DNA from: Verrucomicrobiia bacterium
GTDB taxonomy: Bacteria > Acidobacteriota > Polarisedimenticolia > Gp22-AA2
Length of the DNA: 64,000 bases
NCBI GenBank assembly: GCA_035638075.1
Contig: DASRAU010000039.1
Location: 7,010-71,009, forward strand
Direction of reading: 5' to 3'
A program made the position numbers and the translations under genes. Position 1 is the stretch's first letter. Each line of letters starts with the position of its first letter. Shown piece by piece: positions 1 through 11,273 of the stretch. Under the pieces are notes generated by a model. It worked only from the letters and a program-made list of their open reading frames with translations. It made no database searches and was not told the DNA's origin.

Positions 1-2465
1 CCCGTCCCCAGCGGCCTCTCGTGCGCGCCACCCGGGTCGAGTGTCCAGTCGTAGCGGACGATCTCCGGCGCATCGGGGTCGACCGAGCCGCTGCCGTCGA
101 GGCGAACCTCTCCCGCGGCCGGCCGGTCGCACTCGACGGACAGAGGCGCCGGGACGACGGCCCGGGGCGGATGGTTGATGACCAGCCGGCTCTCCCCCGC
201 CGGGGTGAAGCGCGTTTCTTCCGCAACCTCCGGGGTGTGGCCGTCGCTGACGGTCAGGACGGCACGGTGATTCGCCCCCGCGGCCAGCGCGATTTTGGTC
301 TCCCGCGGCAGGCCCGGCCCGAACGGCGTGGTCAGAACGAGCCGGCTGGCGCGGGTCAGCCGGCCGAGCAGGAGATCCGGCGTCAGGGAGTCGAGGGTGA
401 GATTCGACCCGCCGGTCGTCTGCAACAGGCCGCGCAGGCAGACGACGTCCCCCGGCGCCGCCCAGGAGAGATCGAGCACGGTATCGAACGATCCGGCCGG
501 CGCCTCGCAAGGACCGCGCGCCAGGAGAAAATCCGCAGCGCCGTCGGCGCAGCCGAGATTGCCGTCCAGATCGAAGAGGATGGGCACTCCGGTCGAGGCG
601 AAGGCGAACGCGATTCCCTCACCGGGCCGCCCGTCCGGCAGGAAGCCACCATCGCAGGTGAAGACCCCGGCGGGATCCACGAGCACGATCTCCTCCACCG
701 GCTCTTCGTAAAGGTCGAGGCGTCCCTGGATCGCTTCTCCCTGGGGGTCTTTGGCCAGGGCCCGCAGGAAGATCGTCCCCGCGACCGCATCGACCCCTTC
801 GATCCGCACCACCGGCTGGCAGGCGTCCCCCGCGCCGTCGTGGTTGGCGTCTTCCTGGAGGGGGTTGGCGGCGCCCGGGCAGTTGTCGCAGGCGTCGCCG
901 CGGCCATCGGCGTCGGCATCCGACTGCGACACGTCGGGCACCGCCGGGCACAGGTCGCACGCGTCGCCCCGCCCGTCGCCGTCGGAATCCCCCTGACCCT
1001 CGTTGATCGCGCCGGGGCAGTTGTCGCAGGCGTCGCCGCGGCCGTCGCCGTCCGCATCGAGCTGGTCGGGATTGAAGCGGACCGCGCAGTTGTCCGCCCC
1101 GGCGCAGAAGCCGTCGCCGTCGACGTCGTTCATCGGGTCGATCGGACAGCGATCGCACGCGTCGCCGAGGCCGTCGCGGTCAAAGTCGCCCTGGCCCGGG
1201 TCGAAATCGACAGGACAGTCGTCGGGCGGGCAGAGATTCGAGAGCCTGTCAGGGTCGCCGAATCCGTCGTGGTCCGAGTCGACGCAGGCCTCGCACAAAG
1301 GCGACGTGCAGGCGAGACTCGCCGGCAGGGTCGCGATGAAGGCTTCGTTGTCCCCATGCGGATTCACGCCATTGCCGACGATGGCGCGGCCGTCGGGCGT
1401 CATGCCGGTCACCTCGAGCAGGTTCCAGCCGTCCAGGCCGGTGGCGCTGAACAGCCGGAGCAGCGGCGCGAGGGGCACCATGCCGAGCGACGGCGTCCAG
1501 AAGAAGGCGGTGTGCCCCGCCTGTGTTTCCGAGCGACCGGCGATGCGCTCACCGTCGTCCGAGACCACCTGCGCCCAGCTCAGAAACGTCCCGCCCAGCA
1601 GCTCGCCGAGCGGCTCGAGCCCGGTGTCGGCGGTCCAGCGGAACGCCATCAGCCCTTCCGCGGTGCGCCCGAACCCCACGATGAACCGGCCGTTGCGGGA
1701 GATCGACTCGGCCGAGCTCTCGACCGTGCCGCCGGGAAAATCGCCGAGACCGACCATCCCCGTGGCGGCGGTCCAGCGCCAGCCCTCGATTCCCTGCGCC
1801 GAGTTGCCGTGGCCCACGATCACCGTGCCGTCCCCCGACATCGCGAGGGCATTGCTGGCCAGGGGACCCCCCGGAAGATCGCCGAGCGACTGCATGCCGG
1901 TGGCCTGGGTCCAGCGATAGGCCACCACACTCGCCGCGTCGAAGCTCTGGCCGATGAGGACGCTCCCGTCCGAGGACACGTCGCTGGCGGTGCTGCTCTC
2001 GATCCCGCCGGGCAGATCGCCCAGGGGAACGAGGCCGGTGGCGTCGGAAAAGCGATAGCCGGCGAAACGGGTGAACCCACCCGCCTGCTGGGAGGCCGCC
2101 TGCCGCATCACGGCGAGCACCGACCCGTCGTCGGACGCGGCGGAGGCGAAGTCGCCGAACGGCCCGAAGTCCGCGGGCCCCAGGCTCGTCGGTCCACCCG
2201 GCAGGATCCAGCGGCATGCCTCCCGCCCGCTGGCCCCGCCGGCCTGACCGACCACCACCCGCCCATCGGCGGACAGGCCGGCGGCCTGACTGGAGAAGAG
2301 ACCGCCGGGAAGATCGCCGAGGCCGCGGAAGGTCGCTGAGTCAGCGGCGGCCATCAAGCCGGCGCCCGGGTCGCTTCGATCCCCCGGGCTTGGAAGGGCC
2401 GCCCCCGATCCGGCGAACAGGAACAGCCCTGCGGCGATCCAGACAGGTCCCGGCTGTCGGCGCAT
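1..2465 (-). CDS. Secreted HAF-repeat protein with thrombospondin type-3 (DxDxDGxGDxCDNCP) calcium-binding repeats. The N-terminus lies in the window and the C-terminus runs past the window start, so the gene is partial
   Basis: Minus-strand translation from ATG ~2465 gives a signal peptide MRRQPGPVWIAAGLFLFAGSGAA. Then repeated RWTxxTGMxxLGDLPGG units (HAF extracellular repeat), then multiple DADGDGRGDACDNCP thrombospondin-3 repeats. There is no stop before position 1, so it is absent from the ORF track. The annotated + ORF 21..2339 is antisense to it. Confidence 0.8.
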   Translation of the reverse strand, partial: MRRQPGPVWIAAGLFLFAGSGAALPSPGDRSDPGAGLMAAADSATFRGLGDLPGGLFSSQAAGLSADGRVVVGQAGGASGREACRWILPGGPTSLGPADFGPFGDFASAASDDGSVLAVMRQAASQQAGGFTRFAGYRFSDATGLVPLGDLPGGIESSTASDVSSDGSVLIGQSFDAASVVAYRWTQATGMQSLGDLPGGPLASNALAMSGDGTVIVGHGNSAQGIEGWRWTAATGMVGLGDFPGGTVESSAESISRNGRFIVGFGRTAEGLMAFRWTADTGLEPLGELLGGTFLSWAQVVSDDGERIAGRSETQAGHTAFFWTPSLGMVPLAPLLRLFSATGLDGWNLLEVTGMTPDGRAIVGNGVNPHGDNEAFIATLPASLACTSPLCEACVDSDHDGFGDPDRLSNLCPPDDCPVDFDPGQGDFDRDGLGDACDRCPIDPMNDVDGDGFCAGADNCAVRFNPDQLDADGDGRGDACDNCPGAINEGQGDSDGDGRGDACDLCPAVPDVSQSDADADGRGDACDNCPGAANPLQEDANHDGAGDACQPVVRIEGVDAVAGTIFLRALAKDPQGEAIQGRLDLYEEPVEEIVLVDPAGVFTCDGGFLPDGRPGEGIAFAFASTGVPILFDLDGNLGCADGAADFLLARGPCEAPAGSFDTVLDLSWAAPGDVVCLRGLLQTTGGSNLTLDSLTPDLLLGRLTRASRLVLTTPFGPGLPRETKIALAAGANHRAVLTVSDGHTPEVAEETRFTPAGESRLVINHPPRAVVPAPLSVECDRPAAGEVRLDGSGSVDPDAPEIVRYDWTLDPGGAHERPLGT

Positions 2466-2634
2466 CGTTCCTTCCCCCTGGCGAACGGCCCGGAGCGTAC
2501 GGCCAGAAACGCCGGCGCGCATCAAGAGGTTGGGTTCTCCCGCTGCCGGCGCGGAGACTTCACCGCGAGGCGCTGGCCGCGGGACGCTTGCCGGTATGAT
2601 GCCGGCCAATCACAAACGACAAGGAGGTCGGCGC

Positions 2635-2925
2635 ATGTCGCAGGAAACCAAGCCCCCCCAGCAGGGGATGATCCAGATCAGCACGGGGGACGAGATGTCC
2701 CGCGGGCGCTACAGCAACAACATGCTCATCCTGCACAGCCGCGAGGAGTTCATCATGGACTGGCTGCTCAACTCCCCCGCCGGCACGCACCTCGTTTCGC
2801 GCATCGTGGTCAGCCCCGGTCACCTCAAGAGGATCATCGGGGCGCTGGTGGACAACCTGCGCAAGTACGAGGAGAAGTTCGGACCCATCACCCTTCCCGA
2901 GCCCAAGGACCAGGCCTTCCACTGA
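2635..2925 (+). CDS. DUF3467 family small protein
   Basis: MSQETKPPQQGMIQISTGDEMSRGRYSNNMLILHSREEFIMDWLL matches the DUF3467 pattern. A strong [10 protein letters not shown] sits 7 nt upstream of ATG 2635. The track ORF 2530..2925 has an upstream extension that is not needed. Confidence 0.7.
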   Translation: MSQETKPPQQGMIQISTGDEMSRGRYSNNMLILHSREEFIMDWLLNSPAGTHLVSRIVVSPGHLKRIIGALVDNLRKYEEKFGPITLPEPKDQAFH

Positions 2926-3039
2926 GGCCGAAAACGATCCCCGCCGGGCGAAAAGACTTGTCAGCCGGCGACTCTCACGTATCATTTCCGCTTTCCGGCA
3001 ACAGCGGGTGGAGGGCCCGTCTCACGCCTCGGGGGGAGC

Positions 3040-3786
3040 ATGGTCGTCACATCCCTGTCGAGAGCAACGCCTGGCTCCGTTGCGCCGTCCCGGCGCGGCG
3101 GCGCGCGGCTTTGGGTGTCACTCGCGGCGGCCTGCGCCCTCGTCTGCCTGGCCTCGCGTTCTGCGATCGCCGCCACCCCGACTGACTCCCGTCCCCACGC
3201 CGAGGCGAAGCCCGCCTCCGACGCCGGCCCGGCCGTCGAAGCGACGATGTCGGAGGCCGACAAGGCGGCCGAGGACATGGCGCGCACGCGCGCTGACCTT
3301 CTGGCCAGGCACCAGGGGGCGGACGAAACCCGCCTGACGCAGCTGATGGGTCCGCCTTCGGAGAAAGGCACGAAAGAGTCCGGGCTCACGCTGACCTGGC
3401 GCGGTCCGGTGGGCGACGGCGAGCCCGCGTGCCGCCTCTCCGCCATGCTCGTCGACGGCGGGCTTGCGAACCTCGAGCTCTCCGGGACCCCGTCCTGGGA
3501 TCGCAAGACCTGTCGCAAGTTCCTGCGGCCGCTCCTGCAGGCGATGCCCTGGAAGTCCATCGAGCATCCCGCCGCGAATACCGACGGAGCCGCCGCCGGG
3601 ACCGTCCTCGCCAACGAGATGATCGTCCAGATGGTCAGGGAAGGACTGCCGTCGCAGGCCATCCTCGCCCGCATCCGCACCCAGCCCTGCAAGTTCGACG
3701 TCTCTGCCGAAGGGACCGGCGCCCTGAGGCGCAGCAACGTCCCCGAACCCCTCATCCACGCGATGACCGAGCGGACCTGCGGCTAG
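3040..3786 (+). CDS. Hypothetical secreted protein (N-terminal signal peptide, Cys-containing)
   Basis: Complete ORF with a hydrophobic N-terminus LWVSLAAACALVCLASRSAIAA. No recognisable domain. Sits between convergent neighbours. Confidence 0.5.
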   Translation: MVVTSLSRATPGSVAPSRRGGARLWVSLAAACALVCLASRSAIAATPTDSRPHAEAKPASDAGPAVEATMSEADKAAEDMARTRADLLARHQGADETRLTQLMGPPSEKGTKESGLTLTWRGPVGDGEPACRLSAMLVDGGLANLELSGTPSWDRKTCRKFLRPLLQAMPWKSIEHPAANTDGAAAGTVLANEMIVQMVREGLPSQAILARIRTQPCKFDVSAEGTGALRRSNVPEPLIHAMTERTCG

Positions 3787-3814
3787 AAGCCTGCCGACCC
3801 CGGACGCCTTCGGG

Positions 3815-5317
3815 TCAGCGCGGAAGGTAAGGGGTCAGGAGCAGGAGTCCGACCCCGATCACCACGAACGAAGTCAGGTCGAGCAGGATCCCCGCGGGAA
3901 TCATCCGGCGCAGCGGCAGCAGGCCTGTGCCGAAGACGATGGCGTTGGGCGGAGTCGACACCGGGAAGATGAAGCCGCTGGTGGCCGCGAGACCGACGCC
4001 GAGGGCGGGGCGCACCGGGTCGAAGCCGGCCGCCTGGGCCGCCGCGATCACCATCGGCACGAGCAGCGTCGCCGCGGCGGTGTTGGAGGCGAACTCGCTG
4101 ACGACGATGGTCAGCGCGATGGACGCGAACAGCAGTCCCTCGGGCGTGCGGGCGAAGGCGCTGCCGGAGAGGCCCGCGCCGACCCAGCGGGCGATGCCGG
4201 TGGTCTCCGCCAGCGTGCCGAGGGACAGCCCGCCGCCGAAGAGCAGGATGATCCCCCAGTTCACCTGGCGTCCCTCGTCCCAGGAGAGCGCGAAACGGCG
4301 TTTCCTCCAGGACACCGGTGCGACGAACAGGAGGGCCGCCGCCAGGAGCGCCACCGCGGCCTCGGGGAGCACCGCGCCGAGACGCTGGGCGCGCGGATCA
4401 GAGGGGCCGAGCACCGCCGACACGACCGCCGGCAGCAGCCATAGGAATCCCGCCAGAGCGAAGGCGGCGATGGTGAAGCGCGCCCCGCGCCGGGTCTCCG
4501 GGTCGCCCGCCGCCGCGCGTGAATCGGGGGCCGGCCCGGGCGCTTGCTGCGTCGCGGTCAGGCCGCGCTGCGTCACGCGCACCCAGAGAAGCGAAGCGGC
4601 GAACAGCACGAGGGCGATCGGCGCACCGCAGACGAGCCAGGCGGCGAAGCCGACCTTCACTCCCGTCATCCGCTCGATCATCCCGGCGGTGAGGAGGTTC
4701 GGCGGCGTTCCGACCAGGGTCGCCATCCCGCCGATGGACGCCCCGTAGGCGACCATCAGCAGCAGCGCCGCCGACAAGGGGGTCGCCACCGGCCGCGCGC
4801 GCGCTTCGGCCACGGGGGTCCCCGCGAGGCCGACGGCGATCGGCGTCATGAAGGCGGCGGTGGCGGTGTTCGACATCCAGCACGACACCAGCGCCGAAGC
4901 GGCGCCGATGCCGGTGACGCGCCGCCAGGCGCCGCCTCCCTTGCCGAGCAGGAGCGCCGCGACGCGCCGGTCGAGCCCGTACTTCGCGAACGCTTCCCCG
5001 AGCAGGAACGACCCGACGAACAGGAAGATGACCGGGTCGGAGTACGGCTGGAAGACCTCGCGCGCCGGCGCCACCCCGGCGACGATCGCCAGGCCCGACA
5101 CGAGCAAGGCCGTCGCCGGCAGCGGGATCGCCTCGGTCACCCAGAACGAGATGGCGAGCACGAGCAGCGCCAGCAGGCGCCGTGCCGGCTCCGGGTGCCC
5201 GCCAGGATGCAGCGCGTAGACGGCGATCGCGAGGATCGGTCCGGCGAGAAGTCCTACCGTGCGGAAGCGCTCTTCGAAGCGGCCCGACGCCTCGAGCGGC
5301 GCTTCGGGTCGACTCAT
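3815..5317 (-). CDS. DASS-family (SLC13/CitT-like) anion:sodium symporter
   Basis: Polytopic membrane protein with the duplicated TPPN hairpin motifs (GTPPNLL and STPPNAIVFG) typical of the DASS family. Start chosen at MSRPEAP (ATG ~5317), because the 5' part of track ORF 3815..5458 is Arg/Ser-rich junk. Confidence 0.85.
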   Translation of the reverse strand: MSRPEAPLEASGRFEERFRTVGLLAGPILAIAVYALHPGGHPEPARRLLALLVLAISFWVTEAIPLPATALLVSGLAIVAGVAPAREVFQPYSDPVIFLFVGSFLLGEAFAKYGLDRRVAALLLGKGGGAWRRVTGIGAASALVSCWMSNTATAAFMTPIAVGLAGTPVAEARARPVATPLSAALLLMVAYGASIGGMATLVGTPPNLLTAGMIERMTGVKVGFAAWLVCGAPIALVLFAASLLWVRVTQRGLTATQQAPGPAPDSRAAAGDPETRRGARFTIAAFALAGFLWLLPAVVSAVLGPSDPRAQRLGAVLPEAAVALLAAALLFVAPVSWRKRRFALSWDEGRQVNWGIILLFGGGLSLGTLAETTGIARWVGAGLSGSAFARTPEGLLFASIALTIVVSEFASNTAAATLLVPMVIAAAQAAGFDPVRPALGVGLAATSGFIFPVSTPPNAIVFGTGLLPLRRMIPAGILLDLTSFVVIGVGLLLLTPYLPR

Positions 5318-5321
5318 CCGT

Positions 5322-7334
<2,013 letters not shown>

Positions 7335-7346
7335 TGATGTCTCTCC

Positions 7347-8837
7347 CTAGCGGGACTGAGGAGGGACGCCGACACGCACCGCCGCCTCCTCGGGGATGGG
7401 GACCGGATACTCGTTGGTGTAGCAGGCGGTGCAGAACCCCTTCGCCCCACCCGCCGCCCGCGCCATGCCCTCGAGCGACAGGTAGCCGAGGGAATCGGCC
7501 TCGATGAAGCGGCGGATCTCCTCGACCGTGTGGTTCGCGGCGATGAGCTCCTTGCGGCGCGGGGTGTCCACGCCGTAGTAGCAGGGGCCGACGGTCGGGG
7601 CGCAGGAGATCCGCATGTGGACCTCGCGCGCGCCGGCCCCGCGCACCATGGCGACGATCTTGCGGCTCGTCGTCCCCCGCACGATCGAGTCGTCGATGAG
7701 CACGACGCGGCGTCCCTCCAGGAGCCGCCGCACCGGGTTGAGCTTCAGCTTGACGCCGAAGTGCCGGATCGCCTGGCGCGGCTCGATGAAGGTGCGGCCG
7801 ATGTAATGGTTGCGCACGAAGCCGAACTCGAGCGGCAGCTTCGACGCCTCGGCGAAGCCGAGCGCGGCGTAGACGCCGGAGTCCGGGATCGGCACCACGA
7901 CGTCCGCCTCGACCGGCTGCTCGCGCGCCAGCTCGCGGCCGAACGCCTTGCGCACCTCGTGCACGCTGCGGCCGAAGACGAACGAGTCGGGGCGCGAGAA
8001 GTAGACGTGCTCGAAGATGCACGCTGCCTGCGGGGCGGCCGGGAACGGCCGGTACGACTTCACCCCCTGGGCGCTGATGACCACCATCTCGCCGGGATCG
8101 ACCTCGCGCACGAAGGTGCCGTCGATGAGGTCGAGGGCGCACGATTCGCTGGTCAGCACGTGGGCGCTGCCGGCCTGCCCGAGGGCCATCGGCCGGAAGC
8201 CGCGCGGGTCGCGCACGCCGATGATCCGGTCCGGCGTGATGAAGATCAGCGAGTAGGCCCCCTGCACCTGCTTGAGCGCGTGGACGATGGCCGCCTCGAG
8301 ATCGGCCTGCGGCGCCTTGGCGATGAGGTGCAGGATCACTTCGGTGTCCGACGAGGACCGGAAAATCGATCCCTGCGCCTCGAGGTCGTGGCGGAGCTGG
8401 TCGGCGTTGACCAGGTTGCCGTTGTGCCCGATGGCGATCTCCCCCTTGTGGGAGTCGATGCGGAACGGCTGCGCATTGAGGATCGCGCTCTTCCCCGCCG
8501 TCGAGTAGCGCACGTGGCCGATGGCGTGCCGCCCCTTCAGGCGCAGGAGGTTCTTGCGCTTGAAGACCCGGCCGACCTGCCCCATCCCCTTCTCCTCGAA
8601 GAGGCGCTCGCCGTTGCTCGAGACGATGCCGGCCGACTCCTGCCCGCGGTGCTGCAGTGCGTGCAGACCGAGGTAGACGAGGTTGGCCGCCTCGGGGTGC
8701 CCGAAGACGCCGAAGACGCCGCATTCGTCGTGGAAGCGGTCGTCTTCCGCCGCGGTCAGGCCCACCCGTGGTAAGGGAGTCGAAGAGGGCTTCTGCTTCA
8801 TTGGATCCATGCACCGGCCCGCATGAGGGAGCGACAT
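7347..8837 (-). CDS. purF: Amidophosphoribosyltransferase
   Basis: N-terminal CGVFGVFG catalytic Cys after a short leader, a glutamine amidotransferase class-II domain and a PRTase domain. The exact start is ambiguous (MDPMKQK or MKQK). Confidence 0.92.
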   Translation of the reverse strand: MSLPHAGRCMDPMKQKPSSTPLPRVGLTAAEDDRFHDECGVFGVFGHPEAANLVYLGLHALQHRGQESAGIVSSNGERLFEEKGMGQVGRVFKRKNLLRLKGRHAIGHVRYSTAGKSAILNAQPFRIDSHKGEIAIGHNGNLVNADQLRHDLEAQGSIFRSSSDTEVILHLIAKAPQADLEAAIVHALKQVQGAYSLIFITPDRIIGVRDPRGFRPMALGQAGSAHVLTSESCALDLIDGTFVREVDPGEMVVISAQGVKSYRPFPAAPQAACIFEHVYFSRPDSFVFGRSVHEVRKAFGRELAREQPVEADVVVPIPDSGVYAALGFAEASKLPLEFGFVRNHYIGRTFIEPRQAIRHFGVKLKLNPVRRLLEGRRVVLIDDSIVRGTTSRKIVAMVRGAGAREVHMRISCAPTVGPCYYGVDTPRRKELIAANHTVEEIRRFIEADSLGYLSLEGMARAAGGAKGFCTACYTNEYPVPIPEEAAVRVGVPPQSR

Positions 8838-8903
8838 TATAACCTCCGCGTCAAGCTGGCCGATCTGCCCTGAGGCCGGCGCCGATTCCCCGGGGCCACG
8901 CGG

Positions 8904-9815
8904 CTAGCGCCAGTCGTCCACGAGCCAGCGGGATCCTTTCTTCACCAGCGTCAGGGTGCGCGGCGTTCCGTCGAGCGGCCCGGGGCGGCCGGAGACCACG
9001 TCCACCAGGCTCACCTTCGCCACCGCCCCGGTCGTGCCGGACGGATCGAGGGACTGGATGCGGAAGGCGGCGTGGCGCTTGCCTTCCGCCGGGGTGAACA
9101 GACCCTCCAGGCCCGACCCTTTCGCCTCGACCTTCTTCAGGAAGGAATCGGTGAAGAGCGTGCGCGCCGTCGCCAGGTCCCGCTGGCGCCAGGAGCGCAG
9201 CAGCATGCGCAGGGTGGTGACCCCGGGCACGGCGTCCTTCATCCTGAGGTTCTCCGAGCCGGTCTTCGTGAGCGAGCCGACACGCCAGGGTCCGGTCGGG
9301 TCGCGCTGCAGGCGGGCGGTCTCGCTGCGCTGCTCCACCGCTTCCCCCTGGTCTTCCCACAGGGTCCTGATGCCGGCGTTGACGCTCATGGCCCCTGGCT
9401 TCGGCGCGGGTTCCTTGTAATCCCAGGCTGCCAGCCGTACGCCCTTGCGGCCGTTGTAGTTGACCGAGTCGTGGTCGTAGGCGGCCTTCGCCTGCGGCGT
9501 GAGGATCGACTTCAGCTCGCGGATGGTGCGGTAGTCCCGCGAGGCCATGAAGAAGGCCAGCGCCCCCGACGGCGTCTCGCCCGGGTCGGTGGCGGGTGGC
9601 ACCAGCTCTCCCTGCGGACCTTCGGGTGCTCCCGTTTCGCCGGGAGGCGGTTGCGTCGGCGGGGCGGCCGGGTTGTCCGGCGGCACGGGCGGCGGAGTCT
9701 GCGCCCCGGCCGGAGCCAGGCCAAGCAGGATCCCGAACCCCAGGACGAAGAGCAGGGAACGGCGGCGCGGTGCAGAGGACGGTCGCTGACGCTGCGCGAT
9801 GGTCATGGGTCTCAT
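8904..9815 (-). CDS. Hypothetical exported protein with a Tat-like RRRSLLF signal
   Basis: MRPMTIAQRQRPSSAPRRRSLLFVLGFGILLGLAPAGAQ, then a Pro-rich linker and a globular domain. Its start ATG overlaps the stop of the upstream HD gene (ATGA). Confidence 0.6.
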   Translation of the reverse strand: MRPMTIAQRQRPSSAPRRRSLLFVLGFGILLGLAPAGAQTPPPVPPDNPAAPPTQPPPGETGAPEGPQGELVPPATDPGETPSGALAFFMASRDYRTIRELKSILTPQAKAAYDHDSVNYNGRKGVRLAAWDYKEPAPKPGAMSVNAGIRTLWEDQGEAVEQRSETARLQRDPTGPWRVGSLTKTGSENLRMKDAVPGVTTLRMLLRSWRQRDLATARTLFTDSFLKKVEAKGSGLEGLFTPAEGKRHAAFRIQSLDPSGTTGAVAKVSLVDVVSGRPGPLDGTPRTLTLVKKGSRWLVDDWR

Positions 9816-11167
9816 TGTCTCTCGGAGGAGACGAAGGGACGAAGGCGCTTCTCGACCGCCGTCCGCATCTCTCCGGGGAAGCACAGCCTGTGGATCTGTC
9901 TCGGCTCGTTGCGGATCGAATCGATGAGCGGAGAGATGGTCCGCTCCGACATGTAGCCGGCGATGGCGCCGCCCCGCGACAGGCCGATGTCCTCGGGCGC
10001 GCGCCCGAGCCGGTCGGAGTAGGCGAGGTCACGGTACGGCAGGTCGGTGGCGTCGTCCTCGAGCAGGTAGTAGCGCGGGTCGAGGCGTCGCGCGCGGAAC
10101 AGCTCCTCGAGATCGCTCAGCGCCGCGCCCCAGGCGCGGTTGCCGGTGTCCGGGCGCAGGCGCACGGTCTTGAACAGCCGGCGCCGCGTGATCCGGTCGC
10201 ACAGGTCGCGCAGGATCGGATCGATGCGCCCGGCGGGAGCCGCGGCCCACTCCTGGAAGGCGGACAGGAACAGCCAGTCGTCGAGGCGCAGATAGTCCTC
10301 GGTGGACAGGTCGCCGCCGGTCTCGATGAGACGGCGGATCGGCGCCGGGCACGGCTCCGGCACCCGCCCTCCGTCGCGCGACGCGTCCACCAGCCGCTGC
10401 AGGGCCGTGCGGATCATCTGCTCGGCCGCGCGCGCGGTCTTGTGGTAGTAGACCTGCTGGTACATGAGGTAGCGGGCGATGACGAACTGCTCCGCCGCGT
10501 GATAGCCCTTGGCGGCGTTGAGCGCCAGGCGCAGGTCACCGTCCCGCCCGCGGCGCGCCAATCTCAGGTTGATCAGGATCCACTCGAGATCGTACTGGCC
10601 GTAAGCCACGCCGGTCATCAACGAGTCGCGCAGCAGGTAGTCGAGCCGGTCGGCGTCGAGCTGCGACGACACGAGATCGCTCACGAAGGCCGGCCGGTAC
10701 GATCGGTCGTACACGCGCAGCACCTCTTCGGTCATGCCGGCGCGCCGCAGCAGCCGCGCCACCTCGCCCCCTTTCTGGCGGATCACCAGCTTCGTCCATT
10801 CCTCGTGGCGGCGGTCGTTGAAGACGCGCTCGTAGAGGTGCGAGAAGGGACCGTGGCCGAGATCGTGCAAAAGCGCCGCGACGATGGCGACGAGCCGCGC
10901 CCGCTCCTTCTGCTTCGGCCGGAAGGAGAGCTGGCCGTTGCGGTCGAGGGAGTCGAACATCCGCTTCGCCATCCAGGCGACGCCGACCGAATGGGTGAAG
11001 CGCGTGTGCTCGGCTCCGTGGAAGGTCAGGAAGAGCGCGCCGAGCTGGCGGATGCGCCGCAGCCGCTGGAACTCGCGCGTGTTGACGAGGTCGACGACCA
11101 GGCGTTCGCGGACAGAGTCGAACCCGATCGACCCGTGCACCGGGTCGCGCAGGTACTTTTCAGGCAT
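9812..11167 (-). CDS. HD-domain phosphohydrolase, COG1078 (dGTPase / SAMHD1-like dNTP triphosphohydrolase family)
   Basis: N-terminal KYLRDPVHGSIGFD...FQRLRRIRQLG...HTRFTHSVGV...HDLGHGPFSH matches the COG1078 HD signature. Confidence 0.85.
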   Translation of the reverse strand: MPEKYLRDPVHGSIGFDSVRERLVVDLVNTREFQRLRRIRQLGALFLTFHGAEHTRFTHSVGVAWMAKRMFDSLDRNGQLSFRPKQKERARLVAIVAALLHDLGHGPFSHLYERVFNDRRHEEWTKLVIRQKGGEVARLLRRAGMTEEVLRVYDRSYRPAFVSDLVSSQLDADRLDYLLRDSLMTGVAYGQYDLEWILINLRLARRGRDGDLRLALNAAKGYHAAEQFVIARYLMYQQVYYHKTARAAEQMIRTALQRLVDASRDGGRVPEPCPAPIRRLIETGGDLSTEDYLRLDDWLFLSAFQEWAAAPAGRIDPILRDLCDRITRRRLFKTVRLRPDTGNRAWGAALSDLEELFRARRLDPRYYLLEDDATDLPYRDLAYSDRLGRAPEDIGLSRGGAIAGYMSERTISPLIDSIRNEPRQIHRLCFPGEMRTAVEKRLRPFVSSERQ

Positions 11168-11273
11168 CGGGGCCCGCGGGCATGCGGCGGAGTATAAGAG
11201 AACTCCCCCGCCGCCGGACCCGCCTCACGTCATGCGGCGGCGCCGCCGATCGGCGGCCGCGCGGGCCGGGAGC

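Noticed and set aside
21-2339. 772-aa + strand ORF at the window start
   Set aside because: It is antisense to a minus-strand gene with clear HAF and thrombospondin-3 repeat structure. The + frame is Arg/Gly/Ala low-complexity, typical of spurious ORFs in 70% GC DNA.
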